The translations under genes and the position numbers were made by a program. Under the pieces are notes generated by a model. It saw only the letters and a program-made list of their open reading frames with translations, searched no databases and was not told where the DNA came from. Source: Mytilus californianus (lineage: Eukaryota). From it: a stretch of 64,000 bases of DNA. The stretch covers positions 114,762,001-114,826,000 of the forward strand of contig NW_026262581.1 in the NCBI RefSeq assembly GCF_021869535.1. Reading direction: 5' to 3'. Positions 1 through 12,090 of the stretch are shown here, one piece after another (the first letter of the stretch is position 1; each line of letters opens with the position of its first letter).

Positions 1-1168
1 AGGCAAATTGTTCAGGAAAAAAGTAAAATAACAAAAGTACCGAACTGCAAGGAAAATTTAAAACGGAAAGTCCTTTATCAAATGGCAGAATCAAAAACTC
101 AAACACATCAAACGAATGGAAAACAACTGTCATATTCCTGACTTGGTACAGGCATTCCCTTATGTAGAAAATGTCAGCCCTGATTTAGACAATGAAGAAA
201 CCACGCGATGAAAATTGGACGGATAACAAATCCGACTCTGAGTCTCATATATTTAACAATTATATCAAGAAAAATAAACAATGTCACAACATATACATGA
301 TATAGACAAAATACATAAGTCTCGTTTATCATTGAAAATCAAAAAATGTAAACAAAAAATAACCAAGTCTTAAATTCCAAAATAAAACAAATCTTCATGA
401 TTAAAAAGTGAACTAATATCAAATCGAAATTAATCGTCGATCAGAAGAGGAAAATATGTTCATCAACCGAAAAGAAAACCAGCTAGAAGCTTTGTGTGAG
501 ATGTTTAAGACAGAATACCACCAGAATTATTAATGCGTTATACGACCACCATATTGATTATACCCTCATTTAAACCTAAAAAGTTCACAAAATTACCAGA
601 ATGACGAAATATACAAAGAATTCATAAAATACCTAACAAAACAACAGAACCGCACATAATACATACCCGATCATTCCGGTGTGTCAATACACGAGTACAC
701 GATAAATATTCTGGTAGATTTAACAGAACTCGCATGAATGTTCTGTGAAGTCAGATAAAAATATAAGTATTTGGGCATGATTTTCCGATGGTCAGAAAAA
801 CAAATAACATATTTGGGCATGATTGTTTGATGAAATCAGATACACATATGACTTACTTGGGCATAACTGACAATTGAAACCACATAATAGTGATAATAAA
901 TTCTTTATTTAAAGAGGGTTACTCAATTAGAACTAGTTTAATTTTCAATGAGGCCCTCAAACAAAATACATGTATACAGCTAACATTCAAACATCAAAAT
1001 ACAACATATAAATGATGCCATCAAACAAAATACATGTATACAGCTAACATTCATACATATAAATTATTTGAACATGAATGTCCAATGAAATCAGATACAC
1101 GTATGAGTCATGAGAGATGCATACAGGTAACAAAAACATCAAGTTTGTGGTTAAATGATAATACTTAC

Positions 1169-1282
1169 ATAATTCACAGAATTGTCCAGTGAAGCCAGAA
1201 TAACATGTACATGAAAATCCAGTGGTACTAGCATGACATGTTCCTCCGTTTCTACATGGGAGATCAGCGCAAACTTTTGATA
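1169..1282 (-). CDS. EGF-like exon (third EGF module) of the chitin-binding/EGF modular gene
   Basis: Minus strand tctttcAG|..|GTAAGT, 114 bp, phase 1-1. Encodes SKVCADLPCRNGGTCHASTTGFSCTCYSGFTGQFCEL, a canonical 6-Cys EGF pattern (PC.NGG.C, C.C..G..G..C). Not in the ORF track. Confidence 0.88.
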
Positions 1283-2012
1283 CTGAAAGAGAACACCATC
1301 AACATTTTGTAGTATAAAGTCCTTCTTTTATTCTATTCATTCTGGTCTTCATTTCTTTTGTTTTTATGGTATTTTAACAGGAGTTAGGCATGTTTCAAAG
1401 TTCAAAGCACATCTTGCCTAAATTTTGTTCTGCCTACATACTTTCACTTTATATATATCATAGTATTCAAAACATGTATCGATAAACAGTTGACACAGAA
1501 ATATTTCTCGGCTGCGTTTAAATTTTATTGTATGATACAAATTTTGAAATTTAAATGGAAACCACTTGTGACTGCCTGTACACTTATTAAAATGAAAGGA
1601 GTGACATCCAGTCTCCCTGAAAATGGGATCTGTCAAGGCTTATACAACTACATACCAAATGTCATTGACTTATCATATAAAGTGGTTCTCCTTAAACAGG
1701 GGACATAATTACATTTTTAGACATGCACAGTATGCAAAAGTTTTAAAGTTAATAAGATAAGATAAGAAAACTTTATTTTGATTCGGCATAAGTTAAAAGA
1801 CACAACACAAGCTCTAAGGAGCTTTTGACCGAATATAAAAACATATACATAACATAAAAACAGTCTAATTTGACATATAAAACAACCTGTTATACGAAGT
1901 TAAATCTCACTTACATAGCATGCAATAAAAATTTAGCAACAAATTTAAAATGAAATAAAACATGCTAGACCAGAGCAAACAAAAGCAACATAAATAATAA
2001 ACATCTCAAGAA

Positions 2013-2997
2013 TTATCTGCAAGCAGAACATCGACATTCCAAACCATTCCAGGACTGAACAAGACTTTTAAAATGTGAAAAACTATTTTCAGTCCTGAAA
2101 TGGTTTGGAAGGCTGTTCCATAAAGTAGCAGCAGCAAATTTGAAAGATTTTTTACCGTAACGGGTTGACTTTACCTGTGGAACATCTAGAATATTTACAT
2201 ACCGGAAAGAATACTTAGATTTTTTGACACTCACCAAATTTTGTAAGCACACAGGAGCTATATTATTTATAATCTTAAAAGTTTCTAGAGCCATTGTTCT
2301 AATCCGTCTAATCTGCAAGGAGGGCACCTTAGCTTTAAGTAAGAGGTCCTCGTAGGGGCTGGTAAAATCCTCATATACAAAACGGAGTGCTCTTTCCTGC
2401 ACCTTTTCTAATTTTTTGGAATTTTTCTCAGTGCAAAAATGCCATGCCAAAGGACAAAAATTAAAATTACTAAGAATAAAGGTATGAAAAATAGTAAGTT
2501 TACTAAGTCTATCCAAAACTGAGCCCAAACGTTTTAAAACATTTAATTGCTGTGATGCCCTCCTACAGATTGAGCTGATATGAACATCAAAATTTAACTG
2601 ATAGTCAATTTCAATGCCTAATAATTTAACTGTTTTTTCACATGTAAGGTTCGAGTTTTGAATACGTATAGATGGGTTTTGTTCAAAGGTCTTTTTGCCA
2701 ACAGCCAAAACTTGAAACTTATCGGGATTTGCTTGCATTTTATTCACCCGGAACCACTCAATAAGTATTTTTGACTCAGATTCCAAAGTTGAAATTAATA
2801 AATCAAAATCTGGAGTACAGAAAGACAAAGTATTGTCATCTGCATAGTTATATAAACTTCCATTTTTAACAAAAAGAAAAATATCATTTATAAATATGTT
2901 AAACAACAATGGCCCTAGTATAGAACCCTGTGGTACGCCTTTATGGATGTCAGCCAAATCACTCAGAACATTGTTGACTTTAATTTGTTGTTTACGA
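2013..2997 (-). pseudogene. LINE ORF2 C-terminal RT part after the frameshift
   Basis: Shifted frame reads NRKQQIKVNNVLSDLADIHKGVPQGSILGPLLFNIFIND..YADD..KLLGI..WNSLP. The expected SYLSNR is shortened to S-NR, consistent with a small (about 8 nt) deletion. Confidence 0.88.
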
Positions 2998-5163
2998 TTA
3001 GGACTTTAAAAGAGCAACAGCATGGGGGGATACACCATATGCTGATAATTTATCTAGCAAGATATTGTGAGGCAGGCAGTCAAAAGCCTTAGAAAGATCC
3101 ATTAATACCGCTGCAATGTACTGGTTTTTATCGAGAGCTTCACGCCAATCTTCTAACACTCTGAGAAGTGTGGTCTGACATCCATGTCCACGTCTAAAAG
3201 CACACAAAAAAGGATTAAATATTTTATCAAAGTATTCAGTTAGTTGAATTTCATATATTTTTTCAAAGATTTTAGAAAATATGGGTAAGACACTAACTGG
3301 TCTATAGTTTGTTTTTAATAATGGGTCACTCTTTTTATGAAGGGGGGTCACTTGGGCTTCTTTAAGTTTGTCAGGGAAACAGTTATTTTCAATTGATAAA
3401 TTTACAAGAGTTGTCAGCTGTGGTGCAATATAAAATTTACAATTTTTTACTATTTTTGCTGGAATACCATCAGCTCCTGTAGCCTTCTTTATGTTTATTT
3501 TATTCAAGATTTTATTGACATTTTCGTTAGATACTTTCTTAAATTCAAAGTCAGAAACATGCTTTCTGTTACTCAAAATTTCTTTTATACTTGGGTGATT
3601 TGAGGGGTCATATACCACATCTGCTCCAATTTTGTCTGCTACTGTGGAGAAAAAATTATTAAAAACATTTGAAACTTCATTTGGACTATTTACAATTTTG
3701 TCATTTTCACACAATAAGATTTTTTGTTCTCCACAGTTCCCCTTTTTTGAGAAAAATGGTTTGACTGTTTTCCAAAACTCGCATGATTTTGACCCACCAG
3801 AGCAACGTTCTAAAAAGTATACTTTTATTGATTTTCTCTTTATCTTAGTTACCAAATTTCTTTGTTTTCTAAATTTCTCCCAATTTTTGTCACTCCGGTT
3901 TTTAGTATATTGTGAATAAAGCATTTGTTTTCTATATATGGCCCCTCTCAGTTCTTTATTCATACATGGCAGTGGTTTTCTTCTTTGACACCTAGATTTG
4001 ACAGGTGCATGTTTATTTAATATATTTTTAAAATCTTTTTCATAATCATCATAAATACTATTTAAATCTTTCTCAGTACAGTTTTCTGAAATCTTTATTT
4101 TCTGTAAATCATTTGTAAATTTGTCAATATCAAAAGTTTTGTAACTTCTATATGTTACGTCCCTGCATTTTTGTGCAGGTAAATTCCCTTTCACAACTGT
4201 AGAAATAATATTGTGACAGTCACTAACACCATTTGGACTATTTGTTGTTTTAAAACACAAATTCTTTTTACTTGTAATAATAACATCCACAAGGGATGGG
4301 TTACAACCCTTTTTAAAACATGTTGGACCTTTAACCAGTTGTGATAAGTTGAAAATATCACATATATCATGTAAAGTCTGAGATTTTTCAGCAGACAACA
4401 TATCAAAATTAAGGTCACCAAAAATAATAATATTTTCATATGACACAAAACATTTATCTAGTGATTTTGTAAAATTATCAATAAAGTCATTATTTTTCAT
4501 GGATGGAGGTTTGTATGCTCCCATAATAAGCCATTTGGCATCATTTATATAAATTTCATAGCAAATATTTTCAAGTTTATCAGATTCAAAACATTGTTTT
4601 CTACTGGAGGGAAAGTCTGATTTAATCAAGGTAAGTAAACCACCGCCGTGCTGATCTCTGTCACGCCTTTGTAATTTATAACCATCAACTTGAAATAAGT
4701 TGTCTTGGAAGGTATTGTCCAATTTCGATTCGGCGATCATCAATAAGTCAACTATATTGTCTGTGAGAAGTTCTTTTACCTCATCAAATTTGAACCTGAG
4801 ACTGTTTATGTTTACATATGCCGCAATAAAGTTCTTTGGATGCAGACGTCTGGTCTCTCTCAAATCTTGGAACAAAAGTTTGTTTACACCGGAAGTAGAG
4901 TTTGACGATAGACTGTCATTTATAGGTGCGTTTGACTCCTCGTTAAAATCAATAAAATACGAATCGCTAAAATCTGGTAAATAACATATTTTGCAGAACC
5001 AGCTGTCAGTTGAATTTCCAAGTAGTTCATATTCTTTTAAGGGTAGATTTATACATTTTAGATGAAACCACAAGTTACAATCATCACACTGGATTGCCCG
5101 TTGGTTTTTTCTGACTCCCTTCTCGCAAGTTCCACATGGAAATTTTACTGGTCCAGGATTATT
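2998..5163 (-). pseudogene. LINE ORF2 N-terminal part: PHD finger, APE endonuclease, start of RT
   Basis: The frame is open upstream of the listed start to a TAA at 5164-5166: NNPGPVKFPCGTCEKGVRKNQRAIQCDDCNLWFHLKC..WFCKIC is a C4HC3 PHD finger. It ends at a frameshift in RT (LLKS*). Confidence 0.88.
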
Positions 5164-5418
5164 TTAATGTACCATAACAGTTGCCGGACCAAAATGTATC
5201 CATGCAAAATGAGATGTGTTAGTGATAATATTACTGCACACTAAATATAAATGACCAACCATTGGTGATGAGAAGTGGTTATTTTCAATCTGACCTAATG
5301 ATATACTTTAATATGAAGACCATGCAAAAGTTTCAAAGTCAATGGACCATAACTCAGATGGTAAGGTAAAATAATCTCCATGAAAAGGTAGATCTGCCGA
5401 TGCTAGTTCAACTACATA

Positions 5419-5479
5419 TAGCCTGGGATCCTGGCCAACTGCTCGACGAAGTATTAGATTGGGTCAGGATGTCAGGCTA
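5419..5479. mobile_element. 61-bp miniature DNA transposon with TAG termini and 9-bp TSD (Academ/AcademH-like)
   Basis: TIR TAGCCTGggATCCTGgCC versus TAGCCTGacATCCTGaCC (reverse complement of the right end). Perfect direct repeat AACTACATA at 5410-5418 and 5480-5488. Confidence 0.72.
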
Positions 5480-5496
5480 AACTACATATCAAATAT

Positions 5497-6663
5497 CATT
5501 GATAGTTAATGAACTGACATACCTTGGGTTGAATTTTTCAAGAACAGGTAGCTTTATGAGTGCTAAGAAAATTTTAGTTCGAAAAGCAAATAAAGCAATG
5601 TATGAAGTATTGAAAAAGGGGAGGTTGCACAACTTGTCAGTGAAATCTCAATATGATCTATTTGATAAAATTGTGAAGCCAATCCTACTATATGGATGCG
5701 AGATTTGGGGTTTCAGTAATACTGATATTATAGAAAGAGTGCACTTAAAATTTTGTAAACTATTACTAAACCTTAAGAAGTCGACACCTAATTTTATGAT
5801 TTATGGTGAACTTGGTATTTATCCCATGTCTTTATATATACAGCTGCGTATGGTTAATTTTTGGTCAAAAATGGTAAATGGGAATGATAACAGGATTGCT
5901 AAAATATTATACAGATACATGTTCTTGAAGAATTCTGTCAACCAATTTAGGTCAGATTAGTTGAAATACGTTAAAGATACATTAGATAGATGTGGATACA
6001 GCAATATATGGTTGTCACAAGGAAATTTTAATCCTAAATGGTTGGGTATTAGTTTAAAACAAAGGTTATTTGATCAGTTTCAACAGAAATGGAGAGCAGA
6101 TATTGACTGTTCATCAAAAGGTTTGGCCTACAAATTGTTTAAACAAAAATTTGAATATGAAGAATATCTGAATATCTTAAGTGATAAAGATAGAATAACA
6201 TATTGTAGATTTAGAACGGAAACCACAAGTTACCCATCGAAACTGGTAGATGGAATAAAATTGAACGTAACTATAGATATTGTAATTTATGTCATTGTAA
6301 CGAGATTGGGGATGAATTTCATTACATTTTGCAGTGTAGTTATTTGACAAACTTTCGAGCACAATATTTGGATACTTTTTCTTGCACAGAAGTAATATAC
6401 TAAAGTTTGGAAAACTATTTCAGTTAAAATTAAAAAATAAGTTAAAAAAGCTGTGCAAATTTATCAGGGTTATAACTTTTCAAGCAAGTCTTCCTGGTTA
6501 ATCACCACTCTTCGCCACTACTGTGTTATTTTGTTTTATTTTATTTTTTCTTCTCATCTTGTCATGTGTGTTTATGTTATGTTATAACTTTTGATGAACT
6601 TCTTTGTACCATTGTAACTATATGGTGTTTGAGAAATAAAGAATCTTGAATCTTGAATCTTGA
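5497..6663 (+). mobile_element. 5'-truncated RTEX-like LINE (RT thumb plus C-terminal CCHC knuckle), disrupted
   Basis: YLGLNFSRTGSF..KPILLYGCEIWG..ERVHLKFCK..YGELG. In-frame TAG at 5958-5960. After a frameshift near 6217: NHKLPIETGRW..YCNLCHCNEIGDEFHYILQC. Tail AATAAAG(AATCTTG)3 at about 6635-6663. Clade assignment is from memory. Confidence 0.8.
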
Positions 6664-6690
6664 CTTATCATATGTGGTTTCTATACTCAC

Positions 6691-6828
6691 GTGACTGTGA
6701 TTTCAGCTCACAGTTAGGGCCGTGGTAAGAAAACCCGTCAACGTTTTGGAGACAATGGCACATGTATCCATCACTTGTTCCCGTGCAAGATCCTCCATTC
6801 AAACATGGTTTGTTTAAGCATGCATTGC
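6691..6828 (-). CDS. EGF-like exon (second EGF module)
   Basis: tttacttgatAG|..|GTGAGT, 138 bp, phase 1-1: NACLNKPCLNGGSCTGTSDGYMCHCLQNVDGFSYHGPNCELKSQS. Not in the ORF track. Confidence 0.88.
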
Positions 6829-6870
6829 CTATCAAGTAAAGAAATAAATTAATAAATTAATCGATGAAAA

Positions 6871-7447
6871 GGAGTAGGCCCAGTAAGACCCCTTTTTGGC
6901 CCCAAAATATAGCAGTTTTACAAAATTGTTAAAATGTAAAGTTTTAGCTATTTATTGGAAAGAAGAATACTTTTGTTACATAAATATGGGCTGTTTTTGA
7001 CAATACAATGCACATGTATCGGGTACTAGCATCATTAAGTCATGCTAAATTACTGAAATCTTCGAAATTTCAGCATTTTGGTTAATTTTTAGACGGTTTC
7101 CGTCTGAAATGGAAGTGGCCGCATTTGTGTTCATTCTTAATATTTAAATGTAAGTTGTATTTGATGATAATACATAACATATATAAAGGTTGAGAATGAA
7201 CACGGATGCGGCCACTTTCTTTTTTGACAAAAACCATCTGAAAAGTGACATATTATGGCATATTTGATAGATTTTTCATATTTAAGCATGAAATTGAGCG
7301 TCTTTAATGACTAAATCAGTTCAAATCTTTCACTTAAACTAATTGAATCGACTGAAGTAGACACTTAAGTGTTTAAAAAGTGTCCAAATGTTTCATCAAA
7401 TGAACCTGAATTTTGAGGCCAAAATCGGCCCTTACCGGACCTACTCC
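6871..7447. mobile_element. MITE, copy 1 of the GGAGTAGG family
   Basis: Imperfect ~37-bp TIR: GGAGTAGGCCCAGTAAGACCCC.. and ..GGCCCTTACCGGACCTACTCC. A colinear second copy lies at 33619-34202. Confidence 0.85.
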
Positions 7448-8025
7448 TTTGAATTAGTTGATAAAGGATTTTTATTATTGGTTATCATGTTGATAATTGT
7501 AATAATTGCTTATGATAATTTTACATTATTCATGATTGAAGACTAATAAATTGTTTTAATGCATTTTCAAAAAAAATCATCTGCGATTACTTAGGCTCTA
7601 CAACATTTTATATTATTTAGAAGCAATATACCCACATAAAGTACTGACATGCTATGTTCTTACTGCTTCGAGTAAAACCACCATTTTTCATTTGTGCTTA
7701 AAAGTATAAATTGAGGTTGGAAATCTGCAGAGATTATGATAGCATATTTATCTTAAAATTTCATGGCTAAAACGCTCTCAACAAATATCTGAGCAAATGT
7801 GCGTTTCTATAATAGTAACAATACATATATGCATATATCTTGCGAAATATGGTAAAATCTTTGTTTCCAAATCACTATTTGAATCCAAATTCAAACAACA
7901 AAAGGATAGAGTTCAATATAATTATTCATTTTGCATTCACGGTATTTGAATAACAGTACATCGTAAAAAATTTCTACGAAAATATAATGGTTCTTTAATA
8001 TGTTGTGACGATGATGTTCTCTTAC

Positions 8026-8157
8026 CTATCTCACAGTTTTGTCCACTGTAGGCGCTGTTACAAACACACATGTAGGTTTGTTGCGGTGGTAACGATCCTA
8101 TACAGTTTCCTCCGTTTAAGCATGGGTTTGATTTACACGGGTCGGGATCAGTTATAA
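8026..8157 (-). CDS. EGF-like exon (first EGF module)
   Basis: tttatttAG|..|GTAAGA, 132 bp, phase 1-1: ITDPDPCKSNPCLNGGNCIGSLPPQQTYMCVCNSAYSGQNCEI. Not in the ORF track. Confidence 0.9.
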
Positions 8158-8414
8158 CTAAATAAATTATAAGGATCGCAAAATATCAATGTACAGTTGA
8201 AAATATAATTTGGTACTTTAACCTTTCAAGGCGTGACAACAATAAAAAGGTAAAAACCTACTACGTTACACAGTCTTGCTGAAACAGTTGGAAAACTTGG
8301 AGTTGAGTCTATATATAAAAACAAAGGAGGATCTATGATAAGAGCTAATATCTGGCTTCTGAAATTGTAATAAAACATTAGAATTAATTTTTCCATTCAA
8401 AATCTAATTAATTT

Positions 8415-8553
8415 AATTGATAAAAGAAAGAGAGGAATGTTATATGATAATTGATAAAAGAAAGAGAGGGATGTTATATGATAATTGATAAAAGAAAGAG
8501 AGGGATGTTTTATGATAATTGATAAAAGAAAGAGAGGGATGTTATATGATAAT
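8415..8553. repeat. 34-bp tandem repeat, about 4 copies
   Basis: Unit ttgataaaagaaagagagggatgttatatgataa. Confidence 0.9.
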
Positions 8554-9754
8554 TTCAGTGTTGAATTTAGTAATTTGTGCTGTCTCTGTTATGATTTAGA
8601 TTGTCAAAGCCTCATCCCAAAAAAATATATTCAACCCTTTTCAACATTTGTGTATATATTGAAGACATTTTGTAGCATAATCTATATTGGAATAAGACTT
8701 TGGCTAAAATCTGAATTTTTAAGACAAGATCTTAAAAAAGGTTATTTGGCCGGGTCTTTTTTCAGTTCTTCATTAGATGAAATATTTTTGGAGCAAATAC
8801 ATAACACAAAATTCAAAAAATACAATTACTGTAATGGGATAGACTAATGTTGACACCTGAATGATGTTACTTGATAAAATTATAAAACTTTTTTTTATTT
8901 TCGAATCATGGGACCAAAATGGCTTATCACATCTTGAACTTCATATGAACGTTATTTGGGCAAACATATTTATTGCAAACAATTTCATTTGATTAATTGT
9001 GTGCTGTTTGCTTGAAGTCCAGTGAAAATTATGTCATGTTTATTCAGGACGAGAACAAATTAATAATAAATCTTAATACGCTTGATAAGTGGGTCAACCG
9101 GAATAAAGGCGGAGACACTGGTAGCAGGTCAAGAAGTCCTTATAAGTTCACGGAAATCAAAAAATTTTAAGAGCCTTATTAGTTCTACTGATCATCTTTT
9201 TTGATAATCTAGTAATCTTTTATTGTTTTTCGAGATCAACAAATTATCATTTTTACCCTGAAGATATACATTGTTGAGTCATCCGTTTTAAGGTCAGTCA
9301 GGTCATCTATGGATATGTCAATGATAAAGTCAAGATAACTTCATTTAAATTGACAATTAAATTGTGATCTTGTTTGTTTGAAATAATCTAACAATATTCT
9401 ACAATACTGATTTGTAGTATATTTTTGTTTTTGTAAAAGGCGACACAGATAAAACCTAAATTATACGTTTTATGTCAAAATAGAAAGAAGAGGGTTACGC
9501 GCCTTGTACTTTATTCACGTATTAAACTTATCTGACATTTATATAAATGTATTTAAAATGGGGAATGAACCATTGTTTTAAAGATATGTCTTCTTTTACC
9601 AGAAAAATAGTTACACTGGGTTATGTTTGTTAATCCGCTTCTGGAGAAACCTCTAAAAACAAATGTAACTATTTCCATCTGACAATTATCAATTTTAGAT
9701 CGAAAGGGAGAAAAAAGGGAATATGTAAAGCTATTTTTTTAATTAGTTTCTTAC

Positions 9755-9955
9755 TTTTGTCAGTCGTAAGACCACCGGCAGGCACACACACATCTGGATG
9801 ATCCAGCGACACGCATGCAAAGTCGCCATCTTTTCTGTGTCTTAGTGTATTTGGGCATCCAGGCATCGCTATGAAATTTCCATGCACACATTTCATAAAA
9901 GTACAACTGGTTTCATTAACCTCGTCTTCGGTACACTTTGGCTGGGTAAGCGGTA
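9755..9955 (-). CDS. Cys-rich exon, chitin-binding type 2 (CBM14/peritrophin-A)-like module 2
   Basis: ccttttAG|..|GTAAGA, 201 bp, phase 1-1: PLTQPKCTEDEVNETSCTFMKCVHGNFIAMPGCPNTLRHRKDGDFACVSLDHPDVCVPAGGLTTDK. Six Cys spaced x9-x4-x10-x13-x8. Paralogous to exon 14628-14813. Confidence 0.82.
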
Positions 9956-11007
9956 CTAAAAGGTTAAAAAATATACATATTAAAAATCAGGTTGTTCTTT
10001 TGTCTCATACTCAAAAATAGCACTCCAGATGTATAGTCAATGGACTATGAATATAGATATATTGAATATATAGTTATGGTAGGTTCTAACATATGATATT
10101 TACACTGCTAATACCATATGTGTTCTAAAAATGTATTATTTTCTAAGCAATATATGTGTTCTAGTAACAATGTAATGGTGCTCTAGTAAAACTGACGTTA
10201 TATGGTATAACTTTCACGTGGCTTCTAACATTGGAATAGACATTTTAAAGATCTTAATTTATGGAAGACATGTTAAGGTTGTCACATTCCTTTCATTCGT
10301 AGTCATCCTTAATCATAGTAGGCAATTGATTTTTTAACAGTAAAACAACGTGTTTATAAGGTCAAAACATAGAATACGCATGTATCCTCGGTAAAACATC
10401 GAGTTGAATAAGCATTTCGATAAAATAAGAGAATGGATTGGTCTTTAACGTCTTACCATTTCTACATGCAGTATTTACATGTCCTTTTCTTCAATTCATC
10501 TTAAATAAATTAATATACAAGTATATCAATTATCTATTTCTTTGATTTACATGCAATTATGTTGAAATGCACTATCGGTTTTATATCTAACATTTATTTT
10601 GGCTCAATTTTCAAAAGACAATACATGGCTGTTTAATTCATAAAGAAACTAAACAACGGCCTAGGTTTACGAAACCCTTTGCATGTAGTGAATTCGTCGT
10701 ATTCTCCGTTTTTGAGAGAGTGTTTCGTTGTTGCTAAAAAGTGTAGAATATATCAATAAGACGATCAAATGCCATAAGTCGGTTAAAGACCAGACAGGCC
10801 ATGGTCAAATGAAAACAAACAGAACTAACAAACAACAGTCATCAAAACACTACCCTGAAAACTAGATATTGGGCAGCACAAACCCTACCAAAATCCAGGA
10901 TGGACTCGTCGAGGATAAACAGTTACCGGTTCCGGTATTATGTTGCATTCAGTGACGTCACAATCGGGGGAAATAGGACGGAATGCGACTACGATAGGTG
11001 GAACATT

Positions 11008-11978
11008 AGGTAGCAATAAACAGTTAGGAAAAAATATTAAAATTTTCCCTCATAAATTTTACCATCCCCTTTTCATTGCCTTCTTGCAATATTAAGCTTA
11101 CTGTTTGTGTCATATATGTGCATATGTATGTAATCAGAATCTTCCATAGATTTCATATCCAGTATATGAAATGGTAAAATATAATTTCTCCTTGGTGTAT
11201 CCATGGCAACAATCTGCATTTTTTTGTTATAAAATATAGCAAAAAGGGGGGAAAAGATGTCACATATTTCCCCAAAATTTGACCAAAAGTAGAATTTCAA
11301 TCACTTCAAGTAATACCTTTTCTGAAACTGTTTACATATATCTTTCAATAAATCCAATGAAAATCATATGTCTTTCGTCTCATTTTTTTGTAAAATTGCG
11401 TCAAAAACTTCGTGTAGAAAAAAAGTGTTTGTAAACATTACATTAATTTCTGGACCGATGACCGGTCTAGCTATGAAAATACGGAGAGTCAAACAGAAAA
11501 TAGCCCATAAAACATGTAAAAAATAATCTTGATGTTCTTATAAACCACATTTGAAGGCTAAATTAGTACTCAGCTGTCTAAAAATGAATTTTATTACACA
11601 ATAATTTAATTTTGGATGTAACGCGTCTTCCGATTGGCTGACGTTGTTTTGTTTATCAGCTCATAGACATAATTTTGTCATGTGACCGTGACGTCATCAA
11701 CGTTTTTTCATGGTTTACTCCGGTTTAAAATGGAATTAAGAATTAAATTATAAGAAATGACTGTAATATTTTTTCTGTCTATTCGAAATAACATAAAAAA
11801 TGTGGTGCACACTTTTAAATAACCCGCTACGCGTGTTATTCAGTGTGCACCACATTTTTGATGTTATTTCTTCATAGACAGAAAAAATACTACAGTCATT
11901 CCTTAAATAACTTTCATATTTGAAAAATCCACCGGGGCCAAAATGCGAAACCAAACTCCTAACTGTGTATTGCTACCT
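11008..11978. mobile_element. MITE with 22-bp TIR, carrying a nested palindromic repeat
   Basis: AGGTAGCAATAAACAGTTAGGA at 11008 versus TCCTAACTGTGTATTGCTACCT ending 11978 (1 mismatch). Flanks are only TTAA-like, so the superfamily is uncertain. Confidence 0.75.
11751..11905. repeat. Long imperfect palindrome (~60-bp arms), foldback element
   Basis: taagaaatgactgtaatattttttctgtctat..tgtggtgcacact pairs with agtgtgcaccaca..atagacagaaaaaatactacagtcattcctta; inner stem aataac/gttatt. Confidence 0.88.
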
Positions 11979-12090
11979 TATAAAAATAAGAAGATGTGGT
12001 ATGGTTCACGATGAGACATCATTCCATCAGAGACCAAATTAAGTAGAAGTGACACAGATATTGTATAACTGTTAACTACAACAGGCGGGG

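Larger units (their letters stand above)
1754..5321 (-). mobile_element. CR1/L2-group non-LTR retrotransposon (PHD-APE-RT), near full ORF2, one frameshift
   Basis: ORFs 2998..5073 and 2013..2957 give APE (NINSLR, ESKL, YKPP, GDLNFD, SDCH) and RT (KATGADGI, YRPVSVLP, DLSKAFD, GVPQGSILGPLLF, YADD). The 3' end has AATAAA followed by a (TCTTA)n tail at about 1752-1776. The 5' boundary is set only by a candidate TSD. Confidence 0.93.

Noticed and set aside
3632-4984. ORFs 3632..3919, 4191..4448 and 4700..4984
   Set aside because: Antisense or alternate-frame shadows of the LINE ORF2; the same applies to small ORFs overlapping the GPCR, coiled-coil and DUF229 CDSs.
9600-9655. Possible extra micro-exon after chitin-binding module 2
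   Set aside because: The first AG gives an immediate stop; the second gives a phase 1-1 peptide with a weak donor (GTAAAA) and no recognisable motif.
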